This document shows, piece after piece, positions 1 through 12,800 of a stretch of DNA of 64,000 bases; the stretch's first letter is position 1, and each line of letters opens with the position of its first letter. This stretch comes from Podarcis bocagei (taxonomy: Eukaryota), in assembly GCA_964188305.1 (NCBI GenBank), contig OZ076899.1, one strand, 5' to 3'. The notes beneath the pieces were generated by a model. The model was not told where the DNA came from, made no database searches, and was given only the letters and a program-made list of their open reading frames with translations. The translations under genes and the position numbers were made by a program.

Positions 1-517
1 TTCTTTTTTTTCCAGGGTGTGTGTGTGTGCTGGTTGTTAAATCTATAATGATCCCTTCTTAGGAGGGTACTTGCATTAAAATAACACCTACATCAGTTAT
101 GGGGGCAGCACCTTTGACGAAAGCTATCTGCAGTGAGCTGATAGCGAACTGCAGGTTGCTTAATAATCCCTCATGCATAGTGAACACTCTGGGTGCATGA
201 TTCTGCAAGTAATTCAAATGAGAGGTTGGTCAGACAGAACCATCCCTTCTGTTTTATAAAAACTTAATGGGAGTCTTAGCCGCCTTCCCCTGCCATAGGC
301 ATTGTGATCATGGGGGTGGGAGGTCCTGTAATGCACAACAGAAGGTACCAAACGGATCAGGGTAGTTCACCTGTGGCCCTCCAGATGCTGCTTGAATGAA
401 ATTGTGACTAGCTTTTGAAATTTCAATATACTGGGGCATGACATATATTTCCCAAAAGAAAGCCACGCAAATAGTTAGGCTTACCATATTTATCTATGTA
501 CAAGACACCCCCATGTA

Positions 518-1877
518 CAGTGGTAACTTGGGTTACATATGCTTCAGGTTACAGACTCTGCTAACCCAGAAATATTACCTTGGGTTAAGAACTTTGCTTC
601 AGGGTGAGAACAGAAATCGTGCAGCGGTGGCGCAGCGGCAGCAGCAGGAGGCTCCATTAGCTAAAGTGGTGCTTCAGGCTAAGAACAGACCTCCAGAACA
701 AATTAAGTTCTTAACCCAAGGTTGTTGTTGTTTAGTCGTTTAATCGTGTCCGACTCTTCGTGACCCCATGGACCAGAGCACGCCAGGCACTTCTGTCTTC
801 CACTGTCTCCCGCAGTTTGGTCAGACTCATGTTTGTAGCTTCGAGAACACTGTCCAACCATCTTGTCCTCTGTCGTCCCCTTCTCCTTGTGCCCTCCATC
901 TTTCCCAACATCTGGGTCTTTTCCAGGGAGTCTTCTCTTCTCATGAGGTGGCCAAAGTTTTGGATCCTCAGCTTCAGGATCTGTCCTTCCAGTGAGCACT
1001 CAGGGCTGATTTCCGTAAGAATGAATGCGTTTGATCTTCTTGCAGTCCATGGGACTCTCAAGAGTCTCCTCCAGCACCATAATTCAAAAGCATCAATTCT
1101 TCGGCGATCAGCCTTCTTTATGATCCAGCTCTCACTTCCATACATCACTATTGGGAAAACCATGGTTTTAACTATACAGACCTTTGTCAGCAAGGTGATG
1201 TCTCTGCTTTTTAAGACGCTGTCTAGGTTTGCCATCGCCTTTCTCCCAAGGAGCAGGCGTCTTTTAATTTCGTGACTGCTGTCACCATCTGCAGTGATCA
1301 TGGAGCCCAAGAAAGTAAACTCTCTCACTGCCTCCATTTCTTTCCCTTCTATTTGCCAGGAGGTGATGGGCCCAGTGGCCATGATCTTCGTTTTTTTGAT
1401 GTTGAGCTTCAGACCATATTTTGCGCTCTCCTCTTTCACCCTCATTAAAAGGTTCTTTAATTACTCCTCACTTTCTGCCATCAAGGTTGTGTCATCTGCA
1501 TATCTGAGGTTGTTGATATTTCTTCCCGCAATCTTAATTCCGGCTTGGGATTCATCCAGCCCAGCCTTTCGCATGATTAATTCTGCATATAAGTTAAATA
1601 AGCAGGGAGACAATATACAGCCTTGCCGTACTCCTTTCCCAATTTTGTACCAATCAGTTGTTCCATATCCAGTTCTAACTGTAGCTTCTTGTCCCACATA
1701 GAGATTTCTCAGGAGACAGATGAGGTGATCAAGCACTCCCATTTCTTTAAGAACTTGCCATAGTTTGCTGTGGTCAACACAGTCAAAGGCTTTTGCATAG
1801 TCAATGAAGCAAAAGTAGATGTCTTTCTGGAACTCTCTAGCTTTCTCCATAATCCAGCGTAACCCAGGGTACCACTG
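518..1877. mobile_element. pogo/Tigger-like MITE (cagtggtacc TIR, TA TSD), interrupted by Bov-B
   Basis: Same family as the intact copies at 16007 and 24028; left part 518-722, right TIR end 1860-1877. Confidence 0.85.
723..1859 (-). mobile_element. Bov-B (RTE clade) LINE, 5'-truncated, RT domain and C-terminus
   Basis: ORFs 1461..1850 and 732..1445 are one frame split by a single TAA; FIDYAKAFD, GVRQGCILSP, LRYADD motifs; (CAA)n tail; 11-bp TSD taacccaaggt/taacccagggt. Confidence 0.95.
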
Positions 1878-2301
1878 TATAAAACAACCCCTATTTTTTT
1901 TAACCCAAAATTAAGAAATTAAGTTGTTTAGCTTTTTTGGGGGGTGGGGGAGGTCACTTCCACCAATCACTCACCCACCACTGCTGATTACTTGCCACAG
2001 CCACTGCCAATCGCACACCATGCTGTAGCCGCCAATCGTCTGCCCGCTCACCACAGCCAATCGCCAGCAGGCCTTGCCGCAGCCACCAATCACCTGCCCG
2101 CTCACCGCTGCCAATTAACTGCACGTCCCCCCTCTGCATTCGTTATCCGTATGTAAGACGACACCCAATTTTTGCCGATGTTTTTTAGCAAAAAGCATAG
2201 TCTTATACACGGAAAAATACAGTATTTAGTTTATGACCCTAAACTATTCCTCACTGCCTATAATGCCAGGGTTCAAGATTTACTGCTCATGGATAACAAA
2301 C

Positions 2302-2307
2302 TTTATT
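2302..2307 (-). terminator. Probable AAGAB polyadenylation signal (AATAAA), implying a ~1.5-kb 3' UTR (about 2285-3778)
   Basis: tttatt at 2302-2307 ends a stretch free of recognisable TEs downstream of the stop codon; TE sequence resumes at 2224. No transcript evidence. Confidence 0.6.
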
Positions 2308-3778
2308 CAGCCCATTTACAGCACACAAAAGAAACACAAGAGGTACAATAGGCTTTCACTGTGGGTTTTCCCATTAATGTCTAGATCACCATCTACGGGG
2401 GAAATCCCCCTGCATAAGCCCCTCCCCACCCCGGTGATAAAATGCTGAGTAAGAAACCAACCAAGGCTTTCCCTTATGCAGGGAAATATCAGTGGATTGT
2501 GATCTTCGTTTACTTCAAAAGCAGAAAAGGAAACGCCGGTGCTTGTGCAAACTCAAGTTTTATGCTGTTTCTATCCACACTTTGTTTGCACCAAAAGCAG
2601 TTTAATTCTTCCTTTGCTGCAGTGAATTTAATTCTATATCCTGCCATTGCTTGGTCAGAGATAAAATTCCCCTCTCCTGGGGGATTGCATACAGAGCTTT
2701 TGACCCCAAGTGGCTACACTTGAAGGCAGAAATCGAGAAAATCTCCATACGTGTAGGAATTCTTGACTACAACAGTGACACACTAACCCTGCTTTCTGGA
2801 AGGAGGTGGGCACCACACTCACTCATACACTACTACAGTGACATGAGAGCCAGACAGACTAGCTATGGTCCTCAAGCCTCTTGGTTGGACACCCTCTTTC
2901 TCTTCTCCCACCTGCCCCCATCTCTAGTAGCAAGATGCTCCCATCATTTGCCCTAGAAACTGCAGAAGTAGCTGCCCTTCTTTAATGGAGGTGTTGGGGT
3001 TGCAATCATCCACACTCAGCTTCATTCACCTTGCCCAGTTACTTGGGAGCTGGTACACAGGGCAAGGAAACTGGTGCTTATAAAATACTACAGGACTGCG
3101 CAAGCCTTTCTCCTGCCTGTTTACTGCTGCACCTACATTTTCAGCTGCCATAAGAGGAATTGGGGTTGGAGGTGGGGATAGGACAGGCAGGGAACATTTT
3201 CAAACCATACCTTTCTCATGCCTATTGTGATGACAAAAAGTTGATAAATATTCAAAAAGCATTTTGCCTGTGCGAGTACCATTTGGTCTCAGATTTTCCC
3301 ATCATGTACAAGTACATCCAGAAATCACTCCCCCCCCCATCCCACTAACAAAGGCTTGCTGATTATTATCTGCCCCCTGCCCTTGGTCTCTCCTTTGAAA
3401 TGACGGCAAATGAAAAGATGTGCATGTGCGGAGGTAAACAATACACAAATGAGAGTTTCACAAAGAGATGTTTTACAGCTCTCTGCTGGGGTTGGGTAGG
3501 AACCATGATTTTTTCTTTTCTTCCAGAGATGCAATAGCAACACATCTGCTGCTTCATTGACTTGATAGTTCCCAGGTTCCCATCGACAGATCCAGGCAAG
3601 GAAACAAACCACGGGGCCATCCACGTTTCAGTGTGTTGGAACTGAGCAAGGAGTCGGTCTTTCTCCAGCCGCTGCTGCACCCAATGCAAAAAACTAGGCC
3701 TTTCGTCAAAGAAAAATCGCTATGGCAGCCAACAATGGCTGGTACGCAAGAAACAATCCTCGTCACAACATACAAGCC

Positions 3779-3856
3779 TTAGTTGTCCTCGTCGGAAGAC
3801 AAGCCTTCAATCTCATCTCTGTCTCCTCCGATGGCCATCCAGAATGCTTTGGCAAC
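3779..3856 (-). CDS. AAGAB: AAGAB last coding exon ([25 protein letters not shown])
   Basis: Acceptor ttgtag; TAA at 3781-3779. Confidence 0.97.
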   Translation of the reverse strand, partial: VAKAFWMAIGGDRDEIEGLSSDEDN

Positions 3857-6800
3857 CTACAATTCAAGGGTTACCAAGACAAGTTAAAATCTCAGGAGAT
3901 GGCCACACTCCTGCAGCAGATGATGATGATGATGATAATAATACATTTTATTTATACCCCGCCCTCCCCGGCCAGAGCCAGGCTCAGGGCAGCTAACACC
4001 AGTAAAATTACAATAATTTTTTTTAAAAAACAACAATTTAAAATACAAGTTAAAATATAACTTAAAATGCAGCCTCATTTTAATAGTAGCCCATAGATCA
4101 AAACCATAAGGGGAGGGAAACATAAGGGTCAGACAATCCAAACCAAAGGCCAGGCAGAACAGCTCTGTCTTGCAGGCCCTACGGAAAGATGTCAAGTCCT
4201 GCAGGGCCCTAGTCTCTTGCGACAGAGCGTTCCACCAAGTTGGGGCCAGTACCGAAAAGGCCGTGGCCCTAGTTGAGACCAATCTAACTACCTTGCAACT
4301 TGGGACCTCCAAGGTGTTGTCATTTGTGGACCTTAAGGTCCTCCGCGGGGCATGCCAGGAGATGCGTTCCCATAGGTACATGGGTCCTAGAAACCATCTC
4401 TCATTTACACACCCATGGTTAAGAGTGGATGTCCTCTGTTAAGTACACAAGGGCCAATTTGTGTGGTCTCAAACACAACAACATTAAAATTCTCTCTAAA
4501 GATAAACGAAATTAAGCAGGTTCCCATAAAGTCTCCTTTCGCTAACTGCGGGAAAGGTGAGGCCACTAGAATCTAGTTGATAATATGCCAATGAGCCAAA
4601 GTACCAAAGCTCCCCCCCTCCCCCCAAAAAATAGTTGATTTAGGCTATTTTTGGCTTAGAATACTTGCAGAGCAATTTCTACTTAGAAATGCTGGCCAAG
4701 AATGACTCTTTAAGGGCAGTTTTGAACTCTTCTGAAATCCTCACCTTTTCTGCATGCAGTTTCCTCTGTTCGTGAGGCAGCGTGGCAGCCTTTTCTATAG
4801 GAATGAAAAGGAAAGGAAGTTACTGTCAAAATTGGTCAAGAGTCGAGAAAGAGCAGAAGGGTGTTTCTCCAGTTGGGAGAACTGGCCAAGGTGAAAGAAA
4901 ACTACACAAAAGGGACCAGCCTGAAAATAGAAAGTATGCACTGGTTCTTTCATTGCTGAAGAACCAGATACCAAACCAGGAATGCACCTAAAAGGCATAT
5001 TTCCTGAATGAGAAATAAGAATCTGGACAGCTCATAAAGCTCATCTCAAGCATAAAAATAGCACTGAAAGGCCAAACATTCATCTCTGGATCAGCTTTTA
5101 ATCCTCCATCTTTGCTCTCTCCTAAACCTCTCATTTACCATTACTGTGCTAACAAGGTAATAGGAGGCAGGCCGCATCCTTCCTCTCCTCCTCCATGCCT
5201 GAGATGCTGTTATAGCAGCGTGCCAGGTGCAAGGAGTACTGGGAAATTCAATTTTCCTAGGGCCACTTGCATTTCTCTGTAGGAGGAGGAAATACCTTTG
5301 CTGCCACTACAGTGGAACCTCGTGTTATGGATGAGATCCACTCCGGAGGCCCGTCCATAACATGGAACTGACGCAAGCCAAAGTGCCGCGTCTGCGTGCG
5401 GTGCGATTTAGCGCTTCTGTGCATGCGCGAGCGGCGAAACCCGGAAGTAACCCGTTCCGGGTTGCTGCGGGATGCAACACGAAAACACGTAACCTGAAGT
5501 AAACACAATGTGAGGTATGACTGTGTTGCGAAAGCTACAAAGAGTGGCAAGGAGGAAGAGTCATATTCTACCGCCATCTCAGTGACATCACTGGGGATGA
5601 AGCAAGCTCAGATTAAAACCAAGCTATCAAGTTTTAAAAAACATTCCCCCCCCCCCAAGTCTGACAAGGAGTTTTACCCACCACTAGAAAACACTAGAAA
5701 GCTGAGTAGAATCTATACTGAAATCTTAACTCCCAGATTAAAAACAAATAGGAAACCTCCCATGTGGCCAAGAACTGCTGGCCCAAATAGAAAGGCTTGC
5801 AAGAGACTGTGTCATACAAGAGATAGGCAGTACCTTTCATTTCCTTCAGCTTGGAGAACAATCGCTCAAAGTTCTCTAGGTCTCCCTCTCCTGCAGTGAG
5901 GCTTGCAAGCTCTTGAATATCCATATCCAGCATAGGATCTACAAGATTCATAAGAGCAGAATGAATGTATATCCACATTTGCAGCCCATCTCCTTTGGCT
6001 ATCTATTTGGACATATTGACTACCTATATTAATCNNNNNNNNNNNNNNNNNNNNNNNNNNNNNNNNNNNNNNNNNNNNNNNNNNNNNNNNNNNNNNNNNN
6101 NNNNNNNNNNNNNNNNNNNNNNNNNNNNNNNNNNNNNNNNNNNNNNNNNNNNNNNNNNNNNNNNNNNNNNNNNNNNNNTTCTTTCTTTCAACAATTTTTA
6201 AGCCACAGTTAACAACAAAAACAAGTAAATAAGAATACATAAAAGGTAAAGGGACCCCTGACCATTAGGTCCAGTCGTGGCCGACTCTGGGGTTGTGCCG
6301 CTCATCTCGCTTTACTGGCCGAGGGAGCAGGCGTCCAGCTTCTGGGTCATGTGGCCAGCATGACTAAGCCTCTTCTGGCAAAGCAGAGCAGCGCACGGAA
6401 ACGCCGTTTACCTTCCCACCGGAGCAGTACCTATTTATCTACTTGTACTTTGATGTGCTTTGAAACTGCTAGGTTGGCAGGAGCAGGGACTGAGCAATGG
6501 GAGCTCACCCCATCGCGGGGATTCGAACCGCCAACCTTCTGATCGGCAAGCCCTAGGCTCTGTGGTTTAACCCACAGCGCCACCAATTAAAAAACCCAGT
6601 TCACTAAACACACACACATATCACTGAATGACAATTACTAACAGCAATTGCAGCCAACATCAGATGTCTCCTCTTTTTGTTACATTTGCATCAAGAAATT
6701 TAAAGAAAAGCTAAGTGGATTTAGACCAGGCATAGGCAAAGTCGGCCTTCCAGATGTTTTGGGACTACAACTCCCATCATCCCTAGCTAATAGGACCAGT

Positions 6801-9800
6801 GGTCAGGGTTGAAGGGAACTGTAGTCTCAAAACATCTGGAGGGCCGAGTTTGCCTATGCCTGATTTAGACCATATACATTTGCACTGAGAAAAGGGGTGG
6901 ACCTAAAGACACCCCCCAATTCAAACGAATTCAGCCCCCAGCATTGGGGCAAATGGGCAGCTGTGACCTGCCAGCTGCTTGCTGGAGGGGCAGAGCCCTA
7001 GCTGCTCCCAGCAGGAAGTCTGGCCTTGCTTGCTGCTTTCTCCCAAAGAAAAGATAATTCCTCACCAGCAGCGGGGTCAGCTTGCTGGCTGTTTGCATCA
7101 GCCACGTCTTCTCCTGCATCGGCAGCTCTCTCCACTGGCAAGGGATCAGGCTGGTGGGGAGGGAGAAATGAAATTAGATACAACATAGGCAACAAGAGAG
7201 CTGGTCTTCTGGCTTCCACAGGCCACAAGTCCCAGACCAACGTGGAAGGGAATTTTCCCACAAGCCCTAACAGGACTGCTTTTGTTCCACACTGCTAAGA
7301 ACAGAGCAGGTTTTGTACTGGGCAAAGAATTTAGTATCCATGGAATCCGAGGTGTTTTGGGCTTTCTAAAAAGGTAAAGAGCAAGTTAAGTTCCTAGTCC
7401 TCATGGCTGTGATAAGCTTAAGTTACGGACCTGTAAACTGACCAATTTAACCCACAAAGGAAGCTCACAGCTGCTATAAAGGGGACAGGAGTGCAAGAAA
7501 GGATGGACAAAGAAGGTGTTTTTGGTGGAGGGGGCAGAGAGAATAAAAAAAAAGGATTTTAAAAAATTACTGTTTACTTCTGGAGCTTCGTTTTCTTCTG
7601 TCCTAAGCCTGCGACTTGTGCCCGTTAAAGCAGGAAGGAAGCCAAAGCCTTGATTCACATCTGAAAAGAAAGAGCTGTGAGTTTAACACTTGAAGCAATG
7701 CCAGTTTCGAGGGGGAAGCAGAAGCCCTTCCTGTATCACTTTGTGTGTGAAGTGGGCTCGCTGTATAAAAACATAAGCAGGAGCTTCGTGTAGCTGCTGA
7801 TCAGCTGACTGACATAAGCAGCATGGGAGAAGGCTGTGGCTGTGGATCAAGGGTTGGATAAGGGATAACCAGGGGTAGAATTCCTATGTAAGAACCATTT
7901 TGGGCTAGAGGTGAGTTCTAACCTCCACCCCCCCCCCAATTTTGCTTAAGCCACCAGCCACTACTAGAGAGAGATGTCTGCCCAGTAACTAGGCTGTGCT
8001 CCAGGGAGGACACAACAACTTTCCCAAGCAGGCTTCCCCTGCGCTACAAGGGTGGGGGCACCTCTTCTGCCATTTGCTACAATGGTGCCACACTGAAGTT
8101 AAATTCAGAAGCCCCCTGAGTTTTTTGTAACCATCTGTGCAATCAAAACAAAATTTCCCTCCCCGGTGGAGTCCTGCAGTTTGCTCTGCTGTGATGTGTT
8201 AACATCTGTGAGTGCCAACTTAAAGAAAGGAGGTCTGAAAACTCCCACCTTGAAGCCACCAAGTGGTTAGCCTTGCGCATTCCCCCAAATGAGCAGATGT
8301 GCTCTGATACCATTGATGGCTCATTCTGTTATTATGGAACTAAGGAGGGTGGAGTATTCAAAGCACAGAGTCTCAGCTGTCATGTATTCAGCATGATAGG
8401 TAAAGGTAAAGGGACCCCTGACCATTAGGTCCAGTCATGACCGACTCTGGGGTTGTGGCGCTCATCTCGCTTTATTGGCCAAGGGAGCCGGTGTACAGCT
8501 TCCGGGTCATGTGGCCAGCATGACTAAGCTGCTTCTGGCGAACCAGAGCAGCGCACGGAAACGCCATTTACCTTCCTGCTGGAACGGTACCTATTTATTT
8601 ACTTGCACTTTGACGTGCTTTCGAATTGCTAGGTTGGCAGGAGCTGGAGCCGAGGAACGGGAGCTCACCCCGTCGCAGGGATTCAAACCGCCGACCTTCT
8701 GATCGGCAAGTCCTAGGCTCTGTGGTTTAACCCACAGCGCCATCCGCGTCCCATTCAGCATGATACAGGGATGCAAAACCCCAAGGCCGATCTCCACACA
8801 ACTTCACCCCTGCCCACCCAGAAGTCTTTGAGGTGAGAAAACACAATGGAAAGGGTGGTGCAGTGGTCAGAGTGCTGGACTAGGAGCAGGGAGAAACCAG
8901 GGGTCAGATCCCAATCAGCCACAAAGCTTCCTGAATGACCTTGGACCTGTCACACTCTTGGCCTAAACAATCTCACGGGGTTATTGTGATGAAAAACAGA
9001 GAGGGGAAGAATGAGGTACATCGCCCTAAGGAAAGGCAAGATAGAAATGTGAATGAATGTGAATATAAGAAGAAAGGAGAAGGGAAAGGAATACGGAACA
9101 AGACAATCCAGCGTGTCAACACTACTTCCGGCTAGTATCAAATCTCAAATGTAATTATATGTCCAAACAGGTGACGTTATCTGACCAATCCAGGAACTTT
9201 TTGTTTCTCTTCACTTGCAAAGGAAATGCATCCAATTCCAAGCAGCTGGGGAATCAGTCCAGCCAGGTGCCTCCTGCAACCCAGGCCATTTCAGACCCTG
9301 TTTAAAAGAGATGTGGTCCGAGCCATTGCTCTGTGATGGGATGAAAGGCTGTAAATATAGAAGTGAAGCACAGAGCACCAGAGGGAGCTTCTTTTCTAGT
9401 TTTAGGGGCTAGAGTGAGCTGAGGCTGGTGGCTCGGCTGCCAGGGCTCTGCTTGAATGAGCTTTAATTTCTCATAAGCCTCGAGTGCAAATTCTGATGCA
9501 GGATGACGGAATGAAGAGGAGCCTGAGCAAAGCAGTGAGAGAGCAGAGGAAATTGTAGAGGAAGAGACACCGTTTTTAAAAAGCAGACCGAAAATGACGT
9601 ACCATTTTTCATCACCACATTTGACCAAACATTGGCATTCAAGGCTTGGATGATTCGCTTCACTCCTGTCGATTCTGGAAAGTCATCTAAAGAAGCAGAG
9701 AGGGGAAAGGAAATGTGCTTTTAAAAAGGCTTCTTCAGAAACCAATCAACAGATTAAGAAACTGGGAAGAAGACACCATCTCTTAATTTAGTTAGGAATT

Positions 9801-12800
9801 CTGGGTGCACTTATTTAAACACACAAAGAAGCCTGTGATAATGTTGCTGTTTCTTATTTTTTAAAGCCATTCTGTAAATTCTGGGGAACTTTCTCAGGTA
9901 TTCAGCAGATAAACTTATATTCATTCAATTTCCCAAGAACGACACTGACTTTCTTTGGTTAAGGTGCATAATATCACTCTTACTTTCAACTTACACCCCA
10001 AAATTTGTTACCCATCCTGAACCTTTGGAGAAGAGTGAGATGCGAATAAAGAGCTTGGAACAAAGATGAAAAATGTAATACTGAGTTCTCAGCCAGTTGT
10101 TACTCTCTGTCAAAGCTGACTTTTGCTCTAGCTCAGTTTTCAAATTGGAAGCAACGAAGAAGGGTTAAAAAAAGAAAAAAGAAAGGAACACCAACCAACA
10201 ACTTCTGTTTGATCGCCTTTAGCATTTGTCTACAGATTTTCTCCTGCACAGAGTCAAAAGAAGCCAGAGAAACTGTGATGCCATCGAAAGACTGGAAACA
10301 ATTTAGCTGGTTCAATTTTATTGTTAAACTGATGAATCACCTTGAAATTTTCCCACTGGGCTCTAAACCAGCAATTTTTAAAACTAGGAAAGAGATTATG
10401 ATGTGGCATGCTGTTTCATGGGGAAGGGCCGTAGCTCAATGGCAGAGCATCCGCTTTGCATGCAAAAGATCCCAGGTTCAATCCCCAGCCTCTCTAGGCA
10501 GGACAGGGAAATACTGCCTGTCTGAAACTCTGGAGAGCTGATGGCAGTCAGTGTAGACAATATTGAGCTAGATGGACTATTGGTTTGACTCAGTATAAGG
10601 CAGCATCCTATGTCCCTAAAGCACCGGCAGGCAGCTTGCAGCCATGGCACAAGGTACAATGCTGATTCGTAATTCTGGTGCTGTGTCTGTCACCAGCAAC
10701 AGACGGCACCAGTGCAGGCAGAAAAGCTAGAGAAGAAGCGTGCCCAGAAATAAGAATCTGTAGAAATCTAGGCAGAAACCTGGCAGGCAGGCAGGCAGGC
10801 AGCAAAGTTAACTTCATGGAAAGAGGAAGTGGAGGGAAACTCACCGTCCTCATCTGGCAGCTCTTCTGGGTTGAGCTCCACCAACTCAAAGCCATGCTTG
10901 ATGCACCACTCTTGCGCTTTCTGTCGGCTGATGCCTAAAATAAATGGAATCTGGTTTTTGCTAACAATAGATGCACTACCTTTTGCAGTCACATTAGAAC
11001 CACAGTACTGGGAGTTCCTTGGATGGAATGCCTTGGGGAAGGCTCTTATTTTGTCCTAGAAGCTATATATGGGCAATTTGTTCTGCCCGGAACTTCGCCA
11101 TCATAAATAATCACACTTAAACTAATTTATGCAGCCATTAAAGGCTGGAAACTGCAGAACAGAAGGTGGGACTTTCAACAATCTGATCAATGCAGCTGAC
11201 GCAGAACTCAAATTGTCTTCTTGAGTCCCATGATGGAAGAAAAGTGGCATATAAATACAGAGTCAGGGTCAGCATTCAGCACATGATCACAAACCGTGCT
11301 ATCTTACTAGGATGGAGAGCAGCGTTCGCCAACCCAGTTCTTGCCATGCATTCTGGACTTCAACTCCCATCAACCCCAGCCAGAACAGTCATGCCCACCC
11401 TCCCAAAGTCCTGGCCTTGTTGCCTTACCATTTTCAGAGACTCTGTCACAGACTAAGATCATCACTTCTGGTAACCACTCTTCTATGAGAGGGAGCCACG
11501 GAGAGATGCTGTCCAACCCAGAGATCTATAAAAATTACACAGAGGTTGCTGGCCTTCTTCTCTAGGTGTTTCTTTTTTAGTATTACAAGTGAAAGTGCAT
11601 TAAGTACCGTTATAGAGAGGCACTCTCCTTTCTGAACTTCAGGTGCACAGTGACAAAGACTTTCTTATTCCAGCAGGCATTTTATGGCAGTGTTTAGGTT
11701 TAATTGTTTATTCTCTGCATAGTTTATTTTTATGTACACCACTTACAAATACTAATGATTAAGCAGTATATAAATGTCAAAGTAAATAAATAACATAGCC
11801 CTGATAAGAAAGCACAGCTGAGAGTAAGAGAGATTAAAATACAAGAGATCATCTCCAGAAGAAAAGCCACCTTGAAACTCATGTGAAAAAAGCAAGACAT
11901 AAATATATTTTAATGTAATGTCCTTAGGGTCAGCTGCTAGAATTCCCTGGGTCAAATCCTACTACCCAAGCACTGCTTACCTGGCCCCCAGTTGCCAACC
12001 AAAGGGCAAAGAAGAAAAATGCAGAAGACAGGCAGGCAAGTCAACAAGCACAGGACAGGGTTGTAAGTCTATATCTAGTTGCTCTGGCTAATAATTTTGG
12101 GAATCAGGATCATTTTGTGAAAAATGAAACACACTCCTAATTTGTGCACAGAGCAGCAGCGGAAGGCATATCATTTACAGTTGCAGTTTGACAGGAACTG
12201 AATATGCGACAGAGCAACTTGCTCAAGGATATATACGAAGTGGGATTTGGAATGCAAATCCAACTCTTGCTTGTAAATGCTGGCTTTTGATGGGGCAGGA
12301 AAAAGATTTGGGTTCCAAGATTGCTTCCATTGCTTTTGAGAACATTGCTCAATTACTCCACACTTGATTTCCTCCTGTCCTTTAATTGCCACCACTTAGC
12401 AACAAACAAGCATCTCCAATTTGACTAGACACGGAGGTGAATGAAACAGAGAAAAGATAACAGGTCTAGATAGTGGTTCAGCTACTTGTAACTCTTGTTT
12501 TCGACCACCTTCGCTCCAGGGAGGAAATCTTACAAGCATCAAAACAGAAACTTGCACTGCCAGCCTCAAAGATGTCCTCCTTGGAAGAGTCACAGCCCAC
12601 TTCCTTCAAAGTGCCACTGTGATGCAGTGATATAGCTCAGCTTAGCAATGAAAATGCTAGACCTGGCAGGTGTCCACTCTAACAAAAGGAACAAGGAACA
12701 AGAGTCCACCCCACTAAAATGCACATTAACCAATGAAACACTATGCCACCAGAAGAGGTGCTTGTCACAAGAGAGCCCTGTGCTTGTTTGCTGAGAAGGC

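Larger units (their letters stand above)
484..2222. mobile_element. Non-autonomous Tc1/mariner (Tc2-like) element, ~380 bp after removing nested inserts
   Basis: Decayed TIRs ccatatttatctatgtacaagac and gtcttatacacggaaaaatacag, flanked by TA; internal short degenerate repeats at about 1960-2110. Confidence 0.72.

Noticed and set aside
1-480. Possible SMAD3 3' UTR expected from synteny
   Set aside because: Nothing in the sequence that I can recognise as SMAD3.
760-1701. Long plus-strand ORFs 760..1275 and 1294..1701 (also 13094..13432 and 13520..14074 on minus)
   Set aside because: Antisense shadows of the Bov-B RT frame, not independent genes.
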